A stretch of 29,694 bases of DNA from Octopus sinensis (taxonomy: Eukaryota), in contig NW_021832894.1 in assembly GCF_006345805.1 (NCBI RefSeq), positions 1 to 29,694 of the forward strand, written 5' to 3'. Each line of letters opens with the position of its first letter. Position 1 is the first letter of the stretch. Positions 1 through 14,321 of the stretch are shown here, piece by piece. Under the pieces are notes generated by a model. That model saw nothing but the letters and a program-made list of their open reading frames with translations. It was not told where the DNA came from and searched no databases. The translations under genes were made by a program, and so were the position numbers.

Positions 1-1
1 T

Positions 2-1245
<1,244 letters not shown>

Positions 1246-1260
1246 TATATAAAATACTTA

Positions 1261-1859
<599 letters not shown>

Positions 1860-1864
<5 letters not shown>

Positions 1865-3162
1865 GAATGCTCCTTATAAAATATGCTGTCTTCCTCTAGG
1901 TGATGAGAATATCAAAGACACTTCTGAATGTAGAGATTTCCTTCATGTCAACATGTTGTGATATTCTGAAATAGGAAAAGAAGCAGTAAGTTAAAACTGG
2001 ATAGTTGACCAACATAAGTAATTAAACATTGCAGAATTTACATCACTACCATTGTCATGCATTTACTGTCCATGCTTGCATAAGTAGATTGAGTTGGAAG
2101 GTGTTAGAAGCTAATGGGAATGAGCTATAGCCAAAACGAAAATATAGTGGGCATAACATGACCAGAGTAGTGAGTTGATGCCATCCAGAATTTCACAGAG
2201 CAAGTTGCCACAAGTGAAATGGGCTGTTATGAAGTGATCAGAGTTAATGATAAAGAAGCATTGTTACTCGTCTGCCGCCTTTCCGCTAACTAATTAAAAC
2301 TCCCACTTCTCTTCATGGATACTGAATTGCCCTCTAGGATCCAAACGAGCCCACCCTGATGGGCTGAAGAATGACATAGCAGACACATGCTATGTGTCAC
2401 AACTAAATAGCTTTCCTGACTTGCTACAATATTAAATACTGGCAGAATCACTAAGATGCCGGATTAATTGCTTAACAGCATTTCGTCGTAAATAGCTTTG
2501 TCAAACTAGAGATTATAGCAATCAGGAATGGGAGTGTGTCTGTGCATTGTTTATTTCTCTTCAATCAGGTACACACTGTGAGGGTGAGTACGATTGATCA
2601 TTTGAGCATCCAGATGCCCCTCCCACCTAACCACGAGTCCCTTCTCTGAAGACCAGCTTGCTAGCTAGCCCACAGTCTGTCAAAACTTGGTGCCTCAAAC
2701 GTCTTTCCGTTGAAAAAAAAAATTATTATTATTATCATCATCAACATTAATATTTTATAAACCACAAAAAGTAGAGTCGGCTCATCGAGCAAAACCCTGA
2801 CTCCAAATACATCTTACAATTTCATGAGTCCTTCATTAGAAAAAGGGACAACGGTAATTATTCTCTTTCCTCTCGCAGGTGTTACGACCACTCACGGAAA
2901 CGGAGACACACGTCTTTGTGAGCAGGAAGGATCTCCTCAGTAGAATCAATAGCTGCAAACCCTCTGAAGACCTCACAGGTTGTGTCCGAGTAGAATGGAT
3001 ATAATTCGCCTCTACCCATCTATAGACAGATTTTCTTGTGGGGTGCTTGTAAAGACAAGAACATTACATACGTTGGGGAGACATCTAGAAGCATTGCAGG
3101 GGGATGAAATAAAAATTAGAGGCAGCATGACCACATAACCAGTCCTCCATACTCTACCAAAG
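1860..3162 (+). repeat. Direct segmental duplicate of 9386-10837 (ZNF intron 3' part and terminal-exon start, units A and B)
   Basis: Colinear high similarity from TTCATGAATGCTCC to ACTCTACCAAAG; unit B has extra sequence at ~10200-10390. Confidence 0.9.
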
Positions 3163-4252
3163 ATGCTAATATATATATATAGTAGGTGCTAGTCGCGAAG
3201 ACTGAACCCGGTTTGGGCATCCGCGCTAGCCAGTCGTAGGTAGTCGAACCTACAGCGACTTGCATATGCAAATGAGCTGATTGGCGCAACATTGCAAAAA
3301 CTTAGTTACTAGCGAGCCCCTACTGAAGCTTAGGAAATATTTTTCAACGATATACGGTGTATATTATTTTAAAGACAATTGCGTTTTTTTTTTCGTTACA
3401 AAGCAATTAGAAGCACTGAAAAAAAAGCAAAACAACCTTAAGGACAGTCAAACATTTTTTTTTCAAAGTAGACCACTACAGGTGACAATTCACTTGTGTT
3501 AACTTTGAATAGCTACGGCAAACTGCAGCATGAAAATTCAAAAGAAAGTTTTAAAAAATTGGCTTAACCCCTCCCCAACAAGGTAATTTTACTGTAGGCA
3601 TCAACAGGAAAACCGGTTACTGGTGACAAGCCAACAACGTGGGGTCAGAATTTAGTTGCCAGCCAGATAGAGGAAGGGTAGTACAGTGACAGATCACAGA
3701 CGAAGATAACACTAATTGCCTCGTATGAAATGGTTCAGTGTCAACTTATGAGGCTCCTGTCAACGACCAAGTCACTTCAATGTAAACTTATAGTAACCAA
3801 ATTTCCCCCACGTAGAAATGAAACATTTCTATGAAGTAAAGGGTTACTTTACGTCTGGTTAAAAATAAACTCCTTTGATCAGGTCCGCACGACCAGGGCA
3901 GTGTTGGGACACTTCAGTTTAGAAGTTATTAATTAAGACGAGGTACGTTCTGAGTTCAAATTCCGTCGAGGCTGACTTTAACCTTTTATTACTTCTGGGT
4001 CGATAAATTAAGTACCAGTTAAATATTGGAGCCGTTGTAATCGACTATTGACCGCCCTCAAATTTCAGGTCTTGTATCTAAAGAAGAAAATATTATTTAA
4101 GACGAATTAATATATTTTCCTTATATTTTTATGTTTTCGCTTCGAAATGATTACTGTAACATCGAAAGATTCACAGAATTCTACGATTTACAATATTATT
4201 ATTAGTATTATTATCATCATTAAAGCCTTAAAGTAAATCTTTGTCAACTTAC
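1966..4252 (-). other. Predicted intron of ZNF unit A (Q-type first exon ends at 4253)
   Basis: Donor GAACAGG|GTAAGT at 4253/4252; acceptor TTTTCCTATTTCAG|AATATCAC at 1966/1965; the equivalent signals occur in units B, C and D. Confidence 0.6.
3942..4090 (+). mobile_element. 5'-truncated tRNA-derived SINE family 2 with 15-bp TSD
   Basis: B-box-like GAGTTCAAATTCC. TSD TATTA(A/T)TTAAGACGA at 3927-3941 and 4091-4105; the empty site is visible in the unit B intron near 11892. Confidence 0.85.
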
Positions 4253-4429
4253 CCTGTTCAGATAGAAACTGTGAGTCAGTTAATTAAGCACCTTAATTAA
4301 TAATTGGAGCTTGGTAGTGTAGAAGTTATTTCCCTTTGTATGATTGTATTTCTTGAATTCTCCAATAGATGTCTCTACTGACTGGTTGGATTCGTTCCAG
4401 CATTTTTGTCTGTTCCCTTATTTTAACTA

Positions 4430-4820
4430 CCAGTAGTGTAACCCGGCGTTGCTCGGGTTTGTTTCGACCCTTTAGAATTGGAATTTTTGAAAAGTAAAGA
4501 TGTTGCATAATGTAGCTTCTTATTCTCTTTAAGTAAACATTTCTCTGTTTGAAATACACCGAGAAATGTCGACACAACAGTAAAAAAATCGTAAAATATA
4601 GTGATTTTCATAGAAAAAGAGGCACCTTTTTGATGTAAACTATTTTTGGTGTTAACATGGTCTGATTTGAATTTTATCTTCTACGGAATGAAGAGCAAGC
4701 CATCTTCTATCATACTCTCAATTTTGGTCAACTTGCTCCGCAGGGTCTTGGAGGAGATAGTGTTAGTTGAAGGCTACCAAACCTGCCATACACAGACAAC
4801 TTCAGCTTTATACACAGAGA
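4430..4820 (-). mobile_element. Non-autonomous Helitron (mirror of 20969-21364)
   Basis: 5' TC start, 3' CCCGAGCAACGCCGGG hairpin then CTGG (fits CTRR), inserted between A and T. Confidence 0.85.
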
Positions 4821-5068
4821 TTTCACTTTCAATTCTTTTTTTTTTAATTTTCACCAGGTCATTTTAAGAAAGTTTACTCATATATTCTGTTACAAAATAC
4901 CGGTCCCCTGATACAGGAACCATGCAATTGATTATTGGTGTAATTTATAGAGATTTTCATCTCAAATTGCCCACTGCCGGCCTCAATTTCATTATCTTCA
5001 CTGTAGAATATGTTATTTCCTAAATCTATTTCATCATCGTCAACTTCAATGTCGTCACCGTAAGACAT

Positions 5069-5737
5069 ACTCTTTTACTTATTTCAGTCATGTGACTGAG
5101 GCCATGCTGGAACACCGCCTTTAGTCGAGCAAATCGACCCCGGGACTAATTCTTTGTAAGCCTAGCACTTATTCTATCAGACACTTTTGTCGAACCGCTA
5201 AGATACAGGGACGTAAGCACACCAGCATCAGTTGTCAAGCATTTTTGGGGGGACAAACACAGACACACACACATATATATATATCAAAATAAGCAACAAG
5301 AATGACTACGGAAATTTGGTACAATAGTTTTACGCTACATCATTTTATTAAATATTGTAAGTATTACAACAGTTTTAAAATGTAGAGCACTCATCAGCCA
5401 ATTATAGAAACGATTGCACCAAATTACCAGAGTCATTCTTGTTGCTTATTTTGATTATAATCACCCCACAATTTTTTATGGATAACACCATACAAAATTC
5501 TGGTGCATCTAAATTAAGTACCATATTCATTGGAATCTAAATTTTTACTGAACTTATGTATATATATATATATATATGTATATACATATATTTCCATCTC
5601 CCAAATCTACACACATGGCTTTAGTCGGCCCGAGGCTATAGTAGAAGACACTTGGCCAAGATGCCACACAGTGGGACTGAACCCGGAATCATGTGGCTGG
5701 TAAGCAAGCTACTTACCACACAGCCACTCCTTAGCCT
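5069..5737 (-). mobile_element. tRNA-derived SINE family 1, split at its internal (TA)n by a MITE and ~110 bp of unassigned DNA
   Basis: Head GGAGTGGCTGTGTGGTAAG (A-box-like) and GGTTCAGTCCC (B-box-like); tail AAAAGAGT; flanked by AT on both sides. Confidence 0.85.
5283..5455. mobile_element. ~173-bp MITE with ~42-bp terminal inverted repeats
   Basis: ATCAAAATAAGCAACAAGAATGACT..AATTTGGT.CAAT pairs with ATTGCACCAAATT..AGTCATTCTTGTTGCTTATTTTGAT; TA-rich site, TSD ambiguous. Confidence 0.85.
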
Positions 5738-5913
5738 ATAATAATACTAACTTTTTCTATAAACATGCATTCACATCAGGGATTACCTACAACCAAACAG
5801 TCAAAAAATGCAGACAGGTTTGTTTGTGTGGTAAGGAACTTTCTTTCCAGCCTCATGGTTTGGAGTTCAATCCCAATGCAGAGCACATTGAGCAAGTGCT
5901 TTCAGCTATACCT

Positions 5914-6133
5914 ATTTCTTTATTACCCACAAGGGGCTAAACATAGCGGGGACAAACATAGGTATTAAGTCGATTACATCAACCCTAGTGCATAACTGGT
6001 CCTTAATTTATCGATCCCGAAAGGATGAAGAGCAAAGTTGAACTGTGCAGAATTTGAACTCACAATGTAAGGGCAGCCAAAATACCGCTAAACATTTCGC
6101 CCGACGTGCTAACGATTCTGCCAGCTCGCCGCC
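5914..6133 (-). mobile_element. SINE family 2 with 13-bp TSD
   Basis: Head GGCGGCGAGCTGGCAGAATCG; TSD TTCAGCTATACCT at 5901-5913 and 6134-6146. Confidence 0.85.
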
Positions 6134-6161
6134 TTCAGCTATACCTCGCTTTAACCAAAGT

Positions 6162-6290
6162 CATCATCATTATAATCATTTAATGTCCGTTGTCCAAGTT
6201 GACATGGTTCGGACGGCTTGACCATGACTGGGGGTGATTTGGCATGGTTTCTACTGCTGGATGACCTTATCTAACACCAACCACTCTGCT
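6162..6290 (-). mobile_element. Decayed RTE-type 3' tail fragment (mirror ~18875-19018)
   Basis: CATCATCAT..TTTAATGTCCG..TTTCTAC.GCTGGATG.CCTT..AAC.CCAACC resembles the RTE 3' end at 19811-19950. Confidence 0.6.
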
Positions 6291-6999
6291 TTTATGTGAC
6301 CTCAGAGTCTGACAGAACTACGAATTTACTTGGCTTCATGGCCTTCACAAGCAAGATATAATACAAAAGGTCTGAGTTATTCATCATTGTCTCTGTGAGG
6401 CCAAACACTTGAAAGGTCCTTCCACACACCATCGACATTAGCTACTTTGCCGCCGTTCAAGAATTGGAACTGGAGATCGCCATTTCCAATGACTTCAAGG
6501 GCCACCTCCCAGTGGAATCAGGCGTCAACAAAGAGCCCTCGTCTACAAGACGACCAAATTTTTTTGTTTTTTCCAAGGTCTGGGCTCTCCCTCCCCTAAG
6601 CCCTAGACCATCGCCTAATCACCCTTACCCGGAGAAAGAAATACAAAAGGCCTTACCTGTTGACCTAGGTGGGATGAGCAATCACTGTCAAGAAATAAAC
6701 ATGTCCTTGCATGCTGCTGTCTCTCCTTGAACTTCCTGCCCATGCATGCCCCGTGGCTGTTCCTCCGGCCCCTGCAGTCTTCACTTCTGTCTACCTCATC
6801 TGCAATCCTCTCCACCAACACCACATAGCTCATCACAGCCCATAACACACCACACTATACATGCTTTCTTCCTCAAAATTTTAATGTCTGTGTTCCATAC
6901 AGGCATATGTTGGATAGTTGACCAGAGCTGACAAAGCCATGAGTTGCACCAGTTTCCTTGTCTGATTTGGCTTTTCTACAGCAGAATGCATTTCCTAAT

Positions 7000-7382
7000 A
7001 CTCTTACTCTTGACTCTTTTACTTGTTTCAGTCATTTACTGTGGCCATGCTGGGCACCACCTTTTAGTCGAGCAAATCGACACCAGGACTTATTCTTTGT
7101 AAGCCTAGTACTTATTCTATCAGTCTCCTTTGCTGAACCACTAAGTAATGGGGAGGTGAACGCACCAGCATCGGTTGTCAAGCGATGTTGAGAGGACAAA
7201 CACATATATATATATATATGACGGGCTTCTTTCAGTTTCCGTCTACTGAATCCACTCACAAGGCTTTGGTCAGCCCGAGGCTATAGTAGAAGACACTTGC
7301 CCAAGGTGCCACGCAGGGGGACTGAATCCGGAACCGTGTGGTTGGTACGAAAGCTACTTACCACACAGTCACTCCTATGCCT
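7000..7382 (-). mobile_element. Full-length SINE family 1 (mirror of 17274-17657)
   Basis: A/B-box-like head, internal (TA)n, (AAGAGT)n-like tail, AT on both flanks. Confidence 0.9.
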
Positions 7383-7782
7383 ATGTCAACCCTTTTTACA
7401 GAGAGCAACTGGGTGTTTGTTTTTATGGGACACCATCACCAGTGCTGCTGAGTTGGCACTAGTACCTGTGCTTATAATATGAGCCCCTTATCCATGCATT
7501 TTACGTGTCACCACCATCAATGCTTCTTTTTGTGTCATCTCATCACCAGTGCTTGTGATATGGGTCCAGCATCAGCACAATTGCCTTTTTCCTGGGACCC
7601 TCACCAGCGAATTCTATGTGACAACAAAACTGACATGGTCCTCAAGGACCTTGCAAGACAAAATAGCTGAAAACTGGCAGGGTAGTATTGAAGGGACGTC
7701 ACCTTGTGCCAGTTGACAGGTTTAAGGTACAAAGGGAACAGGGTCCAGATATAGTGCAAAAAAACAAGCACAAAATAAATAT

Positions 7783-7802
7783 TTTATTCATTATTCTTTA
7801 TT
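7783..7802 (-). terminator. Tandem AATAAA polyadenylation signals of ZNF unit B
   Basis: TTTATT at 7797-7802 and 7783-7788 on the plus strand, with a U/GU-rich tract downstream on the minus strand. Confidence 0.55.
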
Positions 7803-8147
7803 AAGAAATTCCTATAACTGATGAAAGGAAAAAGCCTGTGTTTTAGCAGACCAATTAGTGTTAATTATTGTTATGACTTAATAAATTTTGACATTGAGAC
7901 AGTAACACGTCTCTGTGAATACCCACATGTTTATGCATGTGGCTTTTTCGAGAGAATCATTTGCCACACGTCACACTGACATGGCTACTCTCATGTAGGG
8001 ATTCGTTCATGGACAGTTAAGTTAGGGTCTATGAGAGAATGCTTTAACACAGACACGACCATTACATAGGTTGTGTCTGGTATGAACATTTTCATGTGTA
8101 GTTACAACACCATTTGCAAAAAATGAATTACAACAACTAATGCGGGA

Positions 8148-9195
<1,048 letters not shown>

Positions 9196-9489
9196 TTTGA
9201 GAGAATTACTTATCATACACTTCACAATGATAAAGTGTTTTCATTTCCATGAATACATTTCTGTTCACTTTTGTCACTTCATTCAGATAACAATTTAATG
9301 CAATGTTTCTTCCATACATTCCACAGAATGAAAAATATTCCGCTGTCTCTTGTTATAGACTGTTTATTTATTACGAGGTAGATTATTCATGAATGCTCCT
9401 TACAAATAACTGTCTTCCTTTAGTGTGATGAGAATATCAAAGACACTTCTGAATAGAGAGATTTCCTTAACGTCAAATGTTGTGATATT

Positions 9490-12032
9490 CTGAAATAGGA
9501 AAATAGCAGTAAGATAAAACTGGATTGTTGCCAACATAAGTAATTCAACATTACAGATTTTATATCACTACCATTGTCATGCATTTACTGTCCATGCTTG
9601 CTAAGTAGATTGAGTTGGAAGGGGTGTTAGAAGCTAATGGGAATGGAGCTAGCAAAACGATAATATAGTGGGCATAACATGACCAGAGTAGTGAGTTGAT
9701 GCCATCCAGAATTTCACAGAGCAAAGTTGCCACAAGTGAAATGGGCTGTTTATGAAGTGATCAGAGTTAATGATAAAGAAGCATTGTTACTTGTCTGCCG
9801 CCTTTCCGCTAACTAATTAAAACTCCCACTTCTCTTCATTGGCACTGAATTGCCCTCTAGGATCCATACGTGCCCACCCTGATGGGCTGGAGAATGTCAT
9901 AGCAGAACAGTGCTATGGTGTGACAACTAAAATAGCTTTCCTGACTTGCTACAATATTAAATACTGCAGAATCACTAAGATGCCGGATTAATTGCTTAAC
10001 AGCATTTCGTTCGTAAATAGCTTTGTCAAACTAGAGATAAAAGCAATCAGGAATGGGAGTGTGTCTGTGCATTGTTTATTTCTCTTCAATCAGGTACACA
10101 CTGTGAGGGCGAGTACGATCAATCATTTGAGCATCCAGATGCCCCTCCCACCTAACCACAATCCCTTCTCTGAACACCAGATTGCTAGCTAGCCCACAGT
10201 GAAGGTCCCTCTTTATATTTCGTCTGTCATAAGTTGGTGCCCCAAACGTCTTTCCTTTCAAAGCATGACTTCCACTGAGGTCGACTTTCATCCTTTCGAA
10301 GTAAATAAAATAAGCAGTAGAGCACTCGAGTCCCTGAAATTAACTCGTCCCCTTTCTACAAATTTCAGGTTTTGTAATTAAAAATACAAAAAGAAAAATC
10401 ATTATTATTATTATCATCAACATTAATATTTTATAAACCCCAAAAAGTAGTCGGCTCATGGAGCAAAATCCTGACTGCAAATACATCTTACAATTTCATG
10501 AGTCCTTTATTAAAAAAAGGGACAATGGTAATTATTCTCCTTCCTCTCGCAGGTGTTACGACCACTCACGGAAACGGAGACACACGTCTTTGTGAGCAGA
10601 AGGATCTCCTCAGTAGAATCAATAGCTGCAAACCATCTGAACACCTCACAGGTTGTGTCCGGGTAGAATGGATATAATTCGCCTCTACTCATCTATAGAC
10701 AGAGATTTTCTTGTGGGGTGCTTGTAAAGACAAGAACATTACATACGTTGGTGTGACATCTAGAAGCATTGCAGGGGGATGAAATAAAAATTAGAGGCAG
10801 CATGACCACATAACCAGTCCTCCATACTCTACCAAAGGTACTACTCAAAAAGAATGGTCCCGGTGCGCGCACTCGTGCTAGTCCGTCGTGACTGGTCGAT
10901 CCGTCAACGACTACCTAACGCGAGTACGCAAATTAACAGATGCGCGTATAATAATATATGTATATAATGGCTGAATATATATCAAATAAAATGGGTTTTG
11001 CCTTAAACAAAGTAAATAAAAGACTCAACAAAAGAAATTACTTACTTTGTGTTTTATTTTCTTTGTTTAAAAAAAGTTATTTGTTAAAAAAAAAACCTCA
11101 TACATGTCTAGCGCAGGCGAGTGTGATTTTTAGTCGCGCACTCGCGTTACGTAATCTTTGTAAGATCGACAAGTCACGACTAGCTAGCACCGGGACCACG
11201 CTTGTAGAAAAGTACCCATATGTATAAGCATAAATACATATATTAATAAAAGAATTACTTACATAATCCAAATGTCCGTAGTATATATATATACATGTAT
11301 GTATAAGCATAAATACCTATATGTATATACGTGTATATTCATGCAAGCTGCCGCATACAGACACATGCACAGCAACAAACAAAAAGAAACAGCTCCAATA
11401 ATGGACATGGTCAAGAACCAGTGAAGAGGTTGCAAGAATTAAGGAATATTTTAGAAAATAAATAAATGAACGGTCCTCAAAAGTAACCCCCGAATTGTTT
11501 TCCCCCAAAATTCCTACCTTCTCGGAATCTATATCGTCCGAGGTATATTTGTAGAAAATTCATTTAAAAATATAACATTTCTTGAAAGTTAAGAAGAATT
11601 GAAGTTCACGCGCCGCTGAATTTTCCAAAACTCCTCACACCAAAAGCACTTTCCTACAAATTTTTGTATATTCGGAACTACGTACTATAACAAATATTCG
11701 TAGAATATTTAATTAAGTTACGATCATCCAAAGTGGTGGGGCATGAATCTGTAGTTATGCCGCTTCTCCGTTCGTTTTTACTCGTTAATCAAACGTTTTC
11801 TTCTCATTTTACAAATAAATTTCCTCTATATCACATCTAACAGCCGATAATAGGTTTCAGAAACAACAAACCAACATTTCAGTTTGGAAGTTATTATTTA
11901 AGACGAGGGAATATATTTTCCTAAAGTTTTTATGTTTTCGCTTCGAAATAATTACTGTGACACCGAGAAGTTTACAGAATTCTATTAATTACATTGTTAT
12001 TAGTAGTATTAGTATCATCATTGTCAACTTAC
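9490..12032 (-). other. Predicted intron of ZNF unit B (P-type first exon ~12110-12033)
   Basis: Donor GAATACG|GTAAGT at 12033/12032; acceptor TTTTCCTATTTCAG|AATATCAC at 9490/9489. Confidence 0.65.
10837..11216. mobile_element. MITE with imperfect TIRs and subterminal inverted repeats
   Basis: GGTACT..TGGTCCCGGTGC..GTCGTGACT.GTCGATC pairs with GATCGAC.AGTCACGAC..GCACCGGGACCA..AGTACC; inner TAACGCGAGT(A/G)CGC also pairs. No TSD found. Confidence 0.75.
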
Positions 12033-12140
12033 CGTATTCAGAGAAAAACTGCGAATCACAGACCGATAATTAATTAGTCTATTTAATAATAATGATGTTA
12101 ATTACAAAGCACCTTGCACACACGGGAAGCCAGTAAGTAT

Positions 12141-12174
12141 ATGACGTCATCAAGAGTCAAAGCGCGCCTTCCGG
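12141..12174. promoter_or_regulatory. Candidate core promoter: CRE palindrome plus ETS-like site
   Basis: ATGACGTCAT at 12141-12150, GCGCGC, and CTTCCGG at 12168-12174. It lies between the divergent first exons of B and C, and the CRE is conserved in the copy at 1380. Confidence 0.5.
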
Positions 12175-12399
12175 GGCCGATCCATCAACGGCAGGAATTA
12201 TTTCCCTTCATTTCATAGTATTTCTTCCTTCATCTCTGGCCCCGATTTGCTGTCTTACTTCAGATATCTTCTAAAGAGCAAGATGGGGTCGGAGAGAAAG
12301 ACCCCTGCCACCGAATGAACGAAAAACGATGGAATTTGTGGAGAAAGGTGGGAACCCAGCTTAATCATTGATAAATCTTTATTATAATCTACGATTGTA

Positions 12400-13005
12400 C
12401 ATAGATTTGGACATAACAAGACAAACAATTACAAAGAATGTTATGAGAGTTCGAATGAAACTTAAAAATTTAGTTATAATATGACATAAACGAAAACTTG
12501 GCTTACTTTTTGCCTTTTAACGAGAACTTAGTGCGTTTCCTTTTTTAAATAACATTAGAAAACATAACATATGTTAAAATGAAAAGCGGGGAGAAGCGCA
12601 GGCTCCGAATTTTGAACCCGGCAGCCTATAAGGCCCAGCAACTAATTTTTCCTTTCTTTGATGATTACTGAAAAGTCGACCTCGGCGGAATTTGAACTCA
12701 GAACGTCGCAGCAGACGAAATATCGCCAAGCATTTTGCCCGACGTGCTAACGTTTCTGCCAGCTTGCCACCGTCCCCAGCTTAATCGTTGATGAAAGGAA
12801 AAGATCGTTGCCGGGCTTTAGAGGGTGCCGGGTTCGAACTTTTAATCTTTTGTGTGTTTTCGTTTTATTTTTTAAAAGTTCTAGTTAAAGGAAAATTTAA
12901 GTGTTATATAAAATATTTCTAAAGTAAATTTTTAACATGTAACTCATTCAAACTCATATACCATTTTTGTCTTTGTTTGACCTGTATTGTCCCATTCTAT
13001 ATATA
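12400..13005. repeat. Old diverged inverted repeat (12400-12660 vs 12790-13005) around a SINE fragment
   Basis: GAACCCGGCAGCC vs GGGTGCCGGGTTC, TAACGAGAACTT vs AAGTTCTAGTTA, and GAGTTCGAATGA vs TCATTCAAACTC pair in colinear inverted order. Confidence 0.6.
12665..12772 (-). mobile_element. SINE family 2, 5' half only
   Basis: AAGTCGACCTCGGCGGAATTTGAACTCAGAACG..CTGCCAGC is the reverse complement of the family 2 head. Confidence 0.8.
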
Positions 13006-13216
13006 TTTCTTTACTACCCACAAGGGGCTAAACACAGAGGGGACAAACAAGGGATTAAGTCTATTATATCGACACCAGTGTTTCACTGGTACTTAATTTA
13101 TCGACCCCAAAAGGATGAAAGGCAAAGTCGACCTCAGCGGAATTTGAACTTAGAACGTAGCGGCAGACGAAATACTGCTAAGCCTTTCGCCCGGCGTGCT
13201 AACCTTTCTGCCAGAT
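13005..13216 (-). mobile_element. SINE family 2, near full length
   Basis: Same head and body as 5914-6133; the head is interrupted by the MITE at 13225. Confidence 0.85.
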
Positions 13217-13224
13217 CCCCAAGA

Positions 13225-13669
13225 GGCGATGTTTCGCTTGTCGTAGCACAAGTTTCCGTCGATTTCCGTAAAAAATGTAAACACTGAATCGGCCATACAT
13301 ACACACATACATACACACACACACATACATAGATACATACACACACACATACATGCAGACATACATATACACATACACCGAGTAAAAAATTTCAGTTATC
13401 TCTTTCTTTCACACATTACTCTCTCTGTCTCTTCACACACACTAACAGAAGCACTTCACTTACACAACATACTGTCTGTCTCCCACACCCCATCAAACAC
13501 ACACACACATGTACATCAATGCTTTCCATGCACGGTAACTTCAAAAGAACTTCCCTCGTCATACAATCGCTTTCTCTTAGTCTCTTTCGCTCTCATTACT
13601 TATGTAAAAAAATAAAAGTTTTTTACGGAAATCGACGGAAACTTGTGCTACGACAAGCGAAACATCGCC
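13225..13669. mobile_element. 445-bp MITE with perfect 51-bp TIRs and 8-bp TSD (Merlin-like)
   Basis: TIRs 13225-13275 and 13619-13669 are exact reverse complements. TSD is CCCCAAGA / CGCCAAGA (1 mismatch). The GGCGA start fits the GGNRM terminus I recall for Merlin; the superfamily call is tentative. Confidence 0.85.
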
Positions 13670-13877
13670 CGCCAAGATCCTCATGATCGTAATAAAGATT
13701 CCATTTCATAGTAGTTCTCTAATTCTCTCATAGATGGCTCTACTGACTAGTGGCTTCCTTTCAGTTTCTCTCTTAGTTTCATTCTGTTAATATCTGTATT
13801 GTGTGTCAAGGCGCTCATTATTATTAATTAGACTAATTAGTTATCGGTCTGTGATTTGCTGTTTTTGTCTGAATACG

Positions 13878-14321
13878 GTAAGTTGACGATGATGATAATA
13901 ATACTACTAATAACAATGTAATTAATAGAATTCTGTGAACTTCTCGGTGTCACGGTAATTATTTCGAAGCGGAAACATAAAAACTTTAGGAAAATATATT
14001 TCCTCGTCTTAAATAATAACTTCCAAACTGAAATGTTGGTTTGTTGTTTCTGAAAACCTATGATCGACTGTTCACGAACGAAATGCTGTTAAGCAAATTC
14101 TGGATGGCATCAACTCACTACTCTGGTCATGTTATGCCCACTATATTTTCGTTTTGGCTAGCTCCATTCCCATTAGCTTCTAACACCTTCCAACTCAATC
14201 TACTTATGCAAGCATGGACAGTAAATGCATGACAATGGTAGTGATATAAAATCTGCAATGTTGAATTACTTATGTTGGTCAACTATCCAGTTTTATCTTA
14301 CTGCTTCTTTTCCTATTTCAG
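13878..14321 (+). other. Predicted intron of ZNF unit C (P-type first exon ~13800-13877)
   Basis: Donor GAATACG|GTAAGT; acceptor TTTTCCTATTTCAG|AATATCAC; shortened by internal deletions relative to B. Confidence 0.7.

Noticed and set aside
4874-5068. Acidic 64-aa ORF (MSYGDDIEVDDDEIDL..) also open in the mirror copy 20740-20910, with an in-frame 21-bp indel
   Set aside because: Most differences between copies are non-synonymous, the ATG overlaps the SINE-flanking AT, and I recognise no domain; openness is expected at this divergence.
12210-13723. Same-strand 12-mer CATTTCATAGTA at 12210 and 13712 as a shared initiator
   Set aside because: It is short and AT-rich, with little flanking similarity; it cannot be distinguished from chance without TSS data.
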